The translations under genes were made by a program, and so were the position numbers. A DNA stretch of 63,873 nucleotides, counting the filler, from Licmophora abbreviata (Eukaryota): the NCBI GenBank assembly GCA_900291995.1. It is 13 parts of 13 records of this genome, joined end to end, with 100 filler letters (N's around TTAATTAATTAA, not from the genome) between each part and the next. Parts side by side here need not be neighbours in the genome. Positions count along the whole stretch, not along the records: positions 47,841 to 54,024 come from OLMU01003596.1; positions 54,125 to 55,396 come from OLMU01003598.1; positions 55,497 to 60,107 come from OLMU01003599.1; 10 more parts are not named here. One strand, 5' to 3'. The notes under the pieces were generated by a model. That model was not told where the DNA came from and ran no database searches. It saw only the letters and a list, made by a program, of their open reading frames with translations. This document shows, one piece after another, positions 48,201-58,185 of the stretch (positions are counted from its first letter, which is position 1; each line of letters starts with the position of its first letter).

Positions 48201-49301
48201 TACGAACGGGGCAACCAGCTTTGGCCTTTCCGCCCATTGGATTCAAACCGCAGTGCTGCGTCATTGAAGACAACGAGCGCACAACGATGAGATATTAACA
48301 GATCGGCCAACTCGTCTGCAGAGCTTGCAGCAATGGTCTTCACGTACCTCCACCAGCATGACGGCGTCGACACCGTACGTTTCATAGAACTCGCCCACCC
48401 GCGTCAGAATTATGGAATCTCGGTACTTTTCTTTTTGCTCGCGTACGTAAAATAGCAGCGAGCCCTTCTTTATAACCTTTGGAGACATAGCGGTATCGCT
48501 GCTACGCAGCAAATCCATCGGTGATGCATCGGGATCATATCCAATGGGACATAGCTGAGAGTTCAACTGCGCTACCATAGAGCGAGCCGATTGTTTGGTG
48601 ACCTGCAAGAGAGCTTCTCTCCAAAACTCTGACATTCGACAGCCCCGCCCGTCAAATAACGCGTCAACCATTTGTCCATAGGACACTGCTACCTTTTTTT
48701 TTGACACTCCATCGACTACAGTCTCTTCTTGAATTTCTTCTGATTCGTTCTGTAGCTCAATGGCAGTGGAAAAGTTTGCAGCAAGTCCCGATGCTTCATG
48801 GCGCGATGCTTGAACGGACTTTCGCGTCAAGGTCGATTGCTTGGAAAGCTCCCGGTACTGAATCACCAATGATGCGAGCTTTCTTCGATGGGAATCCATT
48901 CGTTCAGCATCCATGGCCTCAAGCAGTACTGATCTCGACGTGCTTTTCGTGTCGTCTCCGAATAGCGCCATGGCGACTTGCTTGGGACTGTTGGCGTTGA
49001 TAGGTCGGCCGTCATTCAGGTCGGCAATATCCCGCTCGATCGATTGGAGCTGGCCGTCGATGGAGTCACTCGATCCGAGCGGAGAATTCTTGGAGTGCAA
49101 GGATGACTGAAAAGAGGCCGCAGAGAATCGAAAACGTGTCGGAAGATCACTGTTCGTCATTCTTCTGGTGGGGTGTTGCAGACACCGCCTGGCACCGAGC
49201 GCCATTCGTGATGGTGTTTGCATGGGGTAAGCTCCGACAGTCGAAAGAAAGTCCCAGAGCAAAGCGAATAGCAAAAATACACTACTATCCAAGGCCTTCA
49301 T
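45219..49301 (-). CDS. MSH1: Plant-type organellar MutS homologue with C-terminal GIY-YIG endonuclease, spans two gaps
   Basis: LTRVGEFYETYGVDAVMLVE-HCGLNPMGG-KAGCP (intron 48256-48347), LTAPNMSGKSTLMR, FVDELGRGTS, FATHLH, CLYIL...FYVGETDSLERRVREHR. Confidence 0.92.
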
Positions 49302-49649
49302 GCGAGGGCCGTAGTTTTAGATTTCAGAGTGCCCACTGACTCACGGGAACCAACGCGAAGCCGACGACAGCCTTGTCACCATGGTCACTTTGTGATGGCG
49401 CGTCTTGTTGGCCGATCACAGAGTGTGTGTTGGTGGAGGAATGGAATATGGTATACATGGTCGAATACCTCTGATATGATACACGCAACACTGGCGCGAC
49501 AAATTTATGGCGCGCCGGTTTTATCTGGAGCGCGGAGCGCGAATTGATCAGACAGGTCGGAACAGACCATAAGAGTTTCAACTTAGGCACCGACGCCATT
49601 TCAAGTCAATTCTTTGACCGACTCTAGACTTTATGCCTTCGTAACAATT

Positions 49650-50021
49650 TTACTTATTCGTTTTCCTTTCAGCACTCAACAGCTCCCGATATTGCAATAC
49701 CAGTGACGCCAATTTTCGTCTGTCGGGATCCATCGTTTCTGTTTCTATTGCTTCCAGCAGAGCTCTGCGATTTGTGCTTTTCGAACGTACCCCAAAGACC
49801 GCAACTGAAACCTGCTGGGGGCTTTTTGGATTTATTGGATCGCCACCATTCAAGTGCACTATGTCGTTCTCAATTGATTCGAGTTGATTTTCGATAGAAT
49901 CGGTAGATGCATGATGCGTAAAAGAAGTAGCCGACGGATCGACTCTCATAGTGTCGGCTGTTTCTTGCGGAAGAGTTTCTGTGGGCGCGCTTGTTTCATC
50001 TGGTGCAGTGTAAGAATTCAA
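49650..50021 (-). CDS. Polymerase-thumb-like ORF, probably the frameshifted C-terminus of the PPR gene
   Basis: Overlaps the PPR ORF end; 45 of 73 residues identical (hand count, ungapped) to the MSH1 N-terminal segment. Confidence 0.7.
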   Translation of the reverse strand: MNSYTAPDETSAPTETLPQETADTMRVDPSATSFTHHASTDSIENQLESIENDIVHLNGGDPINPKSPQQVSVAVFGVRSKSTNRRALLEAIETETMDPDRRKLASLVLQYRELLSAERKTNK

Positions 50022-53000
50022 GAGGAAGAGCGGCAGAGGGTAAATCGATTTCGTCCGTTTCTACAGTTTCGATCGGAAGAGTCGAAGTGAGTACATTCAT
50101 ATCCTCCGTATAATCAGATCCGAACCCAAGTAGCGAAGTCGATTCATTGCTTTCTGAGGTGTCGGTGGCATCGGCTGGGCGGGCAGGCGCCGTGGAAACA
50201 TTCATGTCATCCGTGAAATCAGATCCGAACCCAAGTAGCGTAGTGGATTTATTATTTCTCGTAGTGTTGGTGGCATTGTGCGGACGTGTAGGCGCCGTGG
50301 ATACGTTCATATCCTTCGTACAGTCAGATCCGAACCCAAGTAGCGTATCGGATTCATTGCTTCCTGAGGCGTCTGTGACATCCGGTGGACGGGCAGGCAC
50401 CACGGATACGTTCATATCCTCCGTGAAATCAGATTCGAACCCAAGTAGCGTATCAGATTCATTGCTTCCCGAAGTGTCGATTACATCGGGCGGAAGGGCA
50501 GGCACCGTGGGCACATGCATTTCATCAGTGTAGAGAGATCCAAGCCCAAGGAGAGTTTTAGATTCACTGCGTTTCGTAGCTTTGGCAGAAAATTTGAGCG
50601 GAAGAGCAGGCGCCTTGGGCACTTTCATTTCCTTAGTGTCATGAGGTCTGAAGCCAAGGAGTCCACTGCTTTCCGCAATGTCGGTGAGCTCGGGCGCTAG
50701 GTGTGTATCAGACACGGTAGTTCTTGCAGTGGTGGAAGACGTCGGTGGAAGGGGTGCAACGGAAACATGGCTTTTAGTAGTTTTGTCAGATTCGGGCGGA
50801 AGGGGTGAAGCGGATACCTTGGTCTTCGCAATTTCGACGGCTTTGGGTTCAATAGCTTTAGCGGGAAAGCTGATGTTCGCAGTTTCCCCAGATCCTGGCG
50901 AAACGTGTGAGGAAGGCGCACGCGATGCCGTGATTTTCGCGGTCTCGAATGATCCAGACGGCAGAGGAGAAGCATGTACAATGGGTTTTTGAGTTTCGAT
51001 TGACTCAGGTGGAAGTATTTTTGAAGTTGGAGACTTAGTCCGACTTTCAGTGTCCTGATCTTCGTAAATCAAATAAGACAACTTGTTCATGTGAAGCACA
51101 TGGCTGAGGCCCTTTATGGCAAGCTTCGAATCAAGAATCTGTCGCGCAACCTCTTTTACCCGCGCTTTGCGAGCTTCGGGAGACTGTATCAAGTTCGTGC
51201 AGCACCACAGAAATGTTCGAAATGTTGTTTGATTGGGAGCGAGACCACGATCGAACAATTGCTCGTACACGCCATTCGCGATATCAAAGGCCTCCGCTTT
51301 GTCGGATTTCTTCGTGACGTAGTTGCAAACAGAAAGCACTAGATTGTACGCATCGACCGTGGGACGGAGCCTCTCGTTGTACACCGACGACGCAACCTGG
51401 AGCTCGAAGTCAGATAGATTGCTCAGAGACGCCACAGACATGTCCGCAACACCACTCTGAGCGTTCATACTCTCGAGGAGGCGGAGACTCTTCCGCGCCT
51501 CCTCTACTTTGCCACGAGACTTGGCCGTGTGCCGAAATCGTCCAAGTGCCCAGAGATAAACAGATGAATCCATATGAATCTCGTCACGATCGTCTTTCGG
51601 TAAACCTAATCGCCGGATCTCCAGCATAGACAGCCATTCTTCTGGAGAATCTTCGCTGCCAAGAAGCAAATACTTGAATGTCTGTTGATTTGGCCACGTT
51701 GCAGCGCATCGTGTCATCTGATCAAAAATATCCTGAGTGTACTCGCTTCTACGAGGATGGCTCCCTAAAGCTTTCAAGAGCGCATTGTAAGTGTCAACGT
51801 TGGGATACTGCTTGATCTTGTAGTACCCATTGGAGTTGCTTTCCGACCGCGCTCTTTCCTGCACATACTCCATGCATCGAATAACGGAAATGGCATTATT
51901 CAACTTCGTCTCGCTACTAGATCCAGCATAGATCAAAATGAGATTGTGCAGTAGAGCCGGGCTGAATTTGTTTTGTAAGAACCCATGCTGTTTCGAGGGC
52001 GGATGAAAGTTTATAACGTGATCAAATTTTTCTCCACCTAGTCGTTTCATGAGGAACTCTACCCGTTCACAAAGATCAGGCACAGCTGTGATTCCAGCGT
52101 TGCGGTACGCTTCTAGCAAAATGCGGTAGTGCGTCCCCACCTTCTTGCTATCGCCTGACGCTTCTTCTCGCTGAATGACCAGTTGTTCTGCTCGTTTGGC
52201 TGCCTCGGCACGATTCGACAGTGAATTGTCGAATGAGGCGGCTGCTTGGAAGGCATAGAGTAGCGGCGAGAATGCCGAGAACATGGAGACTCCTCTTTGG
52301 TTCGCAAAAAGATTGTAGACGCGTTCCGCTTCCAGAGCAACCTCGAGGGTCCCGATTTGCTGGTGCGACTTTAAGACGAGACCCAAGGTCGGCTCTGTAG
52401 GAATGAGATCCAGTTCCTTCATGATTTCGAGCAGGGCTACCATGCGATGGGATCTCTCCAAACATTGTTCAGTAGAGAGGCCCCTTCGGTCTTTTTCGCG
52501 CTCGTCACTGACACTCGGATCATCGTCGTTGTCTTCGTCTTGCTCATGAGCGATAGTTTGTGCAGCGATAGTCTTGTACTCTTCATCAATGCACGTAATG
52601 ATGCGGCTAATAGTAGAGGATGACGGCCCAAAGGCTTCGCCTTTATGCGCCTCCAGCTTCGATTGGTCAGTCGATGCTTCACGCTTACTTTCTTCCTCAT
52701 CTCCCTCCGTCGATGTGACGAACACATTCCGAAACCAAGATTTCCACCTTTGGATATAAGTCTGCCCCGCCGGCGCCTTATCAATAAGCTCTGCTCGATC
52801 CTTTCGAAGCACAAGCAAAGCATGCAATAGCTGTTCTGCCACCCTACTCAGACTCTCTTCTTCAGTAGCGGGCGACGACTGGGACCGAATCATGGCAATG
52901 GACGAGACAGCTCGATCCAAGAAAATGCAAATGTGTCGAAACGCCTCCTCCGTCTCGTATAACTTTTCCATGGGAACCGTCTGTGTGGGGTCTGATTTGA

Positions 53001-53549
53001 GCTCGTGCAGGCTTTCAAACATGGATAGCAAGTCTTCCTTTCCTGCAAGTCCATCCATACTAGACCGAGGCGGACATGCTGCGTCCGGGTAGAGTTTTGT
53101 ATGATAATTTCCAAGCAATCGAAAGCATTCATTTTGCAGTGTCGAGAGCTGGTCTTTGGTCAAACGATGAGAAGGCTTCGTGTCGTGATTTTTGCTTTCG
53201 CGGATGCGGGGCTTTCTCACCCCATTGTTTCTTGGTCGGAACGCATCGACAGCGTCAATTCCATTCTTGCCCTTGGACCGTCGTCGGCCCCGATCTTCAC
53301 CGTCGGATGTCGGTTTGCTACTATTTTTGCTTTCGTTGGACTCGCGCTGGGGTCGATATGCGTCGGGCACGTAGTATCGTTTCTGGTCATGAGGCAGCTC
53401 GACAATGACGGTACTGGTGATGAGTACTGATGACTAATTCGTCCCAGAGACATACTATCAGTGACAGGCCTTTCCGGAATTTTCAGTCGGATAGGCGCAG
53501 AAGAAGCGATGCGGCGTCGAAGGAGGACGCATCGTACTGTAGCGCTCAT
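49996..53549 (-). CDS. Pentatricopeptide-repeat-like protein, probably mitochondrial, with C-terminal tandem repeats
   Basis: PPR-like helices YPNVDTYNALLKALG, WPNQQTFKYLL, RPTVDAYNLVLSVC, GLAPNQTTFRTFLWCC; Arg-rich presequence MSATVRCVLLRRRIASS joined by a probable +1 indel near 53383. Confidence 0.75.
50095..50690 (-). repeat. Coding tandem repeat, 105-bp (35-aa) unit, four conserved plus about two degenerate copies
   Basis: TCAGAT(C/T)CGAACCCAAGTAGCG starts at 50114, 50219, 50324 and 50429; protein unit SNESDTLLGFGSDxTEDMNVS..PARP. Confidence 0.92.
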
Positions 53550-54124
53550 AGTTTTATGTGCTTAGCTTTTCCAATGATTCGATGAGCAATGAGTCCGTAG
53601 CACAAATTAGAGACATCAATCGGCTGACGTAAATCCGGTTCAGTCAAACAAAGCTTTAGTGCGCGCATTCAGGTTTACAAACTGCGGGGAGAGAGAGACT
53701 CAAGTTGTATGGTATCAACGACGGACTGCTAGAGCAATCGCCTTGTTTTCCTCCCGTGTGATGATGACAAAGCCGCGTTCGTCGTGATAGTCTACGAGAG
53801 CCGCGCCATTTGAGTATTGAATTTGATGAGATTTTAGATTTTGACAACGCAGCGATGTTTTGTGTGATGTGTGGTCAAGATGAGAGTGGAAAGGTGCGCG
53901 CTAATTGTAGGGAAAATGAAACTCAAAATTCCAAATTCCCTGGGCGCCAAAGGTGTGAGAGTACAGATGCGACCTTGTGTGCGCGGACATGGCATGGCAA
54001 ACGACACATCAGAACAAAAGCATCNNNNNNNNNNNNNNNNNNNNNNNNNNNNNNNNNNNNNNNNNNNNTTAATTAATTAANNNNNNNNNNNNNNNNNNNN
54101 NNNNNNNNNNNNNNNNNNNNNNNN

Positions 54125-55208
54125 AAACCAACGTCTGCTCCGCCGTCATCGATTGGCTCCATAACTCCTTCTTTTGCTCCTTCAACAGGTCAAGCGGCTG
54201 ACGCTCCTTCTAGTGGCCTCGGCTCGGGTCGTATTGAGTGCGACGACCATCTGCAGCGCCAAACCGATTTGCACACTACTTTGTCCATCATTACGTCTGA
54301 CGTTGATGATCCTTCGACGCCCTCCGGAAAAGCGTTTTCGTGGATTGTTCACGATGACAGCAGACGCCTCTGTAGTAAAGACAGGAGTCTGATGTCACGC
54401 TTTGCGCTTGCAACTCTATACTATGCTACGTCTGGTGAGCATTGGATTTCCGACGATACCAATCCCTTGTTTCTCTCGTCTCGATCGGAATGCGACTGGA
54501 CTGGTATACATTGCAACGCGGAGGGAGCTGTCCGATTCGTTGAGTTGGGTGCGTGTCAATCTTGTTCTTCCGTTGCCGCTGCAGAAATATGGTGGCACGT
54601 GCTGACCTTCATATACTCATTTCCGTTTCACAAAATTGTACAGATGGTCGCAATCTAACGGGAACAATTCCCTCTGAGGTCGCGTCGATCGAAACACTTC
54701 GTGTTCTCGGACTGAAAGACAATCAGATTTATGGTACCCTCCCCCAGAGCTTGAACAAGCTCCATCCCTTCTTGGTGCTTCGTGTCCAGAACAACCATCT
54801 TAGTGGTACCATTCCGTCTGGGCTCTCTTCCTCGCTTGTGCGTCTCTTGGTGCAAGACAATGATATCATTGGAACGCTTCCTATCGGCAACATGACCAAG
54901 TTGAGGATCCTTCAAGTCCAGAATAACGAAATGACGGGAACCATCCCCTTGGAGCTGGCGAGCGCGACGGATCTATGTAAGTACTGCTTCGATCCTAAAG
55001 ACCTTGACTTTCATTTATATGCTTTGTGTCTGACATGTCCTTTTCCTTTGTTTCAGCCATGGCTCATTTTACCGGCAACAGCTTTTCAGGTTCCATCCCT
55101 GAAGAAATTTGCACGTTGTTCGTCGAGCATAAGCTGGATGAGTTGACGGCGGACTGTCCAGCTCTTGACTGTCCTTGTTGCACGAACGACGAGTGTGCCA
55201 ACGTTTGA
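54125..55208 (+). CDS. Second diatom-type LRR membrane protein, 5' part in gap
   Basis: SRFALATLYYATSG, SECDWTGIHC, NLTGTIPSE / NHLSGTIP repeats, C-terminal DCPCCT; two introns. Confidence 0.87.
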
Positions 55209-55673
55209 ATCAGTCGTCGACATGACAGTGAATCGGACAGTTTTACTATGGATGAGACTGTTGCGGACGGCTGACTTATGCGTTCCCTTTCGATTCCACT
55301 TTACGGCAGGAATGCCGCCACCACTATTATAACTTGGTAGCAATGAACCCTTATCCGTCAATGATTACAAACCCACTCTGCTCAGATCATCACTATNNNN
55401 NNNNNNNNNNNNNNNNNNNNNNNNNNNNNNNNNNNNNNNNTTAATTAATTAANNNNNNNNNNNNNNNNNNNNNNNNNNNNNNNNNNNNNNNNNNNNGAAT
55501 CAGTCGTCGACATGACAGTGAATCGGACAGTTTTACTATGGATGAGACTGTTGCGGACGGCTGTCTTATGCGTTCCCTTTCGGCAGGAATGCCGCCACCA
55601 ATATTATAACTTGGTAGCAATAAACCCTTATCCGTCAATGACTACAAACCCACTCTGCTCAGATCATCACTAT
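55207..55673. repeat. ~180-bp near-identical duplication flanking a gap (55207-55396 vs 55497-55673)
   Basis: Direct comparison shows about four substitutions and one 13-nt indel; likely two uncollapsed alleles. Confidence 0.9.
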
Positions 55674-55862
55674 CGGACTTGAGCGGAAGCAGTAGCCGGA
55701 TTGGCGGGAAGATCAATTCAAAAAGACTTCGCGCGAAAAAGCTCGCGCGGAGCGCATGATGGATGTGGTGTTAAAACAGTGAGGTCGACCGTTGACCCGA
55801 TGAGCTGAGCTGATGAAATTGCCATATGATCGGGCTGGTGTACGGCACAGCTGTCGGACGCC

Positions 55863-56771
55863 ATGAGTGTCTCACAGAGTCGTGGACAGCCGACTGACGT
55901 TCCTCTGGAAAGCTTTTTTGGTCCAGATCTGAGGCCACAGTCTCCAGAAAATGAGAGACATGGACGAGCAATGATGCACCACTTCCACCACGTCGCCGAG
56001 CCGCTCCTGCAGCAGTCCAACCGTCCTGATGATCAAATACGCATTCCCAAACTCCTGCACATGATATGGTTGGGTCATTCCGACATGCCGAATCCTCAGT
56101 GCCAATTGTCATGGCGTCAGTTTCATCCAGACTGGGAACTCCGCGTCTGGACGAACGCCGACCTTGAGAACCATGACTGGACCAATCGAGACGTCTTGAA
56201 TTATGCCATGAGTAAAGAATTGTACGGATTGGCGTCAGATATACTGCGATTGGAAGTTCTTTGGAACTTTGGGGGACTCTACGTCGATGTGGACTACATG
56301 TGTGTGGCTCGACTGGACGACATGCATCGATCTCTAAATTTCTACATCGGAGCCAGCTGTACGGGCATGGTGGAAGTCAACAACGGCCTGGTCGCAAGTC
56401 AGCTCCAGCACCCTCTTCTAGCTCAGCTAATGGATGAAATCCACACGTGGTGGAGAGATCGACAAGCGACCTTTGGTCAAGTTGCCGCATTCTTAGGACC
56501 GGAGGCTGCTGGGCTGGCCCTCGCGACACAAGTTTCCGCACAGGAAATCCTTGTCCGAACGGGGCCTGGACTACTCACCCGTACTCTGGGAAAGTATTTC
56601 CTCGCAAGTGACACCGAGGAGGAAATCGATCGCGTTGCTGTTTTGCCCTTTACATTCTTTCATCCCATGCCCAATACTGAGCGAGGCAACTCGGAGGCAT
56701 GGGAAAACTACGTGAGACAGGACGAAACTCGCGCGGTCCACCTCTGGAGGTGTTCTTGGCAAACCTCATGA
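55863..56771 (+). CDS. Glycosyltransferase, DXD sugar-binding family (GT32 / OCH1-like)
   Basis: IPKLLHMIWLG, SWRQFHPDWELRVW, ASDILRLEVLWNFGGLYVDVD, NNGL, TGPGLLT, AVHLW. Confidence 0.9.
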   Translation: MSVSQSRGQPTDVPLESFFGPDLRPQSPENERHGRAMMHHFHHVAEPLLQQSNRPDDQIRIPKLLHMIWLGHSDMPNPQCQLSWRQFHPDWELRVWTNADLENHDWTNRDVLNYAMSKELYGLASDILRLEVLWNFGGLYVDVDYMCVARLDDMHRSLNFYIGASCTGMVEVNNGLVASQLQHPLLAQLMDEIHTWWRDRQATFGQVAAFLGPEAAGLALATQVSAQEILVRTGPGLLTRTLGKYFLASDTEEEIDRVAVLPFTFFHPMPNTERGNSEAWENYVRQDETRAVHLWRCSWQTS

Positions 56772-56809
56772 GCTATAAATAATTGGTATCCTTACGCATC
56801 CAGAATTTT

Positions 56810-57670
56810 CTAACGCTTGCTCTTGGACCGCTTGCGTCGGTCCTTTATTCGTTCCCTGTGCTTCGAACGTCGTCGCTTTCGCTTACGCTTGTGTTGTCGG
56901 CGCCGATATTCGGAAGACTCGTCGGAATCACTGGATTGGGCAATACCGTCGCTGGTTTCGTTTCGAGTAGCTCGTTTCTTTTCATTTGACTTAGTCTCGG
57001 CATCTGTCCGCGCGCGGAAAGCTTGCATTGCCGGTTCTTGTTTGGATCCAAACAATAGAGGCGCACATCTCATACACAAACGTAACTTGACGAGCTCATT
57101 CTCTGTGTTTCCATGTTCTATATACGAGAATGGGACTTCGTAGTTGCAAAGGCCAGCTCCAGCAGGGAAAACTTCCAACCGTTTGCGCTCCTCGTCCTCC
57201 GACGTCGGCATCGGGAGAGAGTGATACTCGTTCAGATGACACGGGTCCACTACGACCATCATCTCCCCATTTGCTGTCGTAGCACGATACGACGGACAGT
57301 GCTTGTTTCCACAGGTTCTTTGTCCTTTCCCATTCTGCACTTCGGCTTGTGTGCGCCACCGTAATCCAATCCTGCCTTCGCTACTCGACCTCGAAAGGTC
57401 CGCCAGGACGAATTCCTTGTATAAATGCGAATGGTAGGTCTGAACCATGCGCTCTTGCCAAGACGAAGAGCCGCGCTGCTTCGGAACAAATGAGTAATGC
57501 TTCTCAAGAGTGGAGCGATCATTGGCCGATGTGACATTGCGGATTCTTCGTGGCTTCTCTTCTTCCATCGGGACAGTAGGAGCGGCGCCGGCGGGGCCCG
57601 ATGGATTTCGTTCTCGAGTATGGTTGTGATGGTCGCGATGGGAGACGATCGCTCGAGAAAATGAAGACAT
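56810..57670 (-). CDS. FRA10AC1: FRA10AC1-like spliceosome-associated protein
   Basis: LYKEFVLADLSR, IGLRWRT, GKGQRTCGNKHC, YEVPFSYIEHG...LVKLRLCMRC, basic tail. Confidence 0.9.
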   Translation of the reverse strand: MSSFSRAIVSHRDHHNHTRERNPSGPAGAAPTVPMEEEKPRRIRNVTSANDRSTLEKHYSFVPKQRGSSSWQERMVQTYHSHLYKEFVLADLSRSSSEGRIGLRWRTQAEVQNGKGQRTCGNKHCPSYRATTANGEMMVVVDPCHLNEYHSLPMPTSEDEERKRLEVFPAGAGLCNYEVPFSYIEHGNTENELVKLRLCMRCAPLLFGSKQEPAMQAFRARTDAETKSNEKKRATRNETSDGIAQSSDSDESSEYRRRQHKRKRKRRRSKHRERIKDRRKRSKSKR

Positions 57671-58185
57671 CTTCTCCCTCAAATTAGCGTAATAGACCAG
57701 CTCAATATGCGCTTTGGTAGCTCGCGAATCGCAAATGGATCTCCGCTGATCTCTTTCGGTGATGGACATTCAACCCTGTGGCAATCAGAAGTGCCGGCGC
57801 AGTCCCATGGTGTTCTGTGTGATGTGTTTTTTTTTGTGTTTTGCTGATGGAATAGCTGATGACTGACTGACTGACTGATTGGAATCGAATCGACTCGACT
57901 CACTCGACTAGTCTCTTCGAGATGAACGTATGACGTACTGACTATCGCGGGCGAAATGAAGGACAAAAATCAAAAATGATTCGACGACAAGACCGCGTTG
58001 ACGCGGGTGGAAAGGTCACATCATCATACGTCGACAATAAGCGGTCCTCGCTTGTTGTTTCTAGTGAAACTTAGCTGAAATAGGCATATGCATTCAGGTG
58101 AATCGGTTGGAAGTCAAAAGCCGTCTGATTTTCCCTCCAATCCGCAAGAAAATCGGGTAAAAGTAGAGCGTCGTCGTTGGCCATC

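Noticed and set aside
1930..49301. DEL, MSH6, RFC4, exonuclease and MSH1 as one operon-like DNA-repair cluster
   Set aside because: They are spread over ~47 kb among unrelated housekeeping genes and several gaps; chance co-location cannot be excluded.
35703..50021. A single fragmented or pseudogenised DNA polymerase I spread over the region
   Set aside because: No 3'-5' exonuclease or polymerase motifs A/B/C were seen; the thumb segment is triplicated and in the wrong order relative to the 5' nuclease.
50095..50690. CRISPR-like array
   Set aside because: The intervening sequences are homologous to each other, the period is an in-frame 105 bp inside a eukaryotic ORF, and no cas genes are present.
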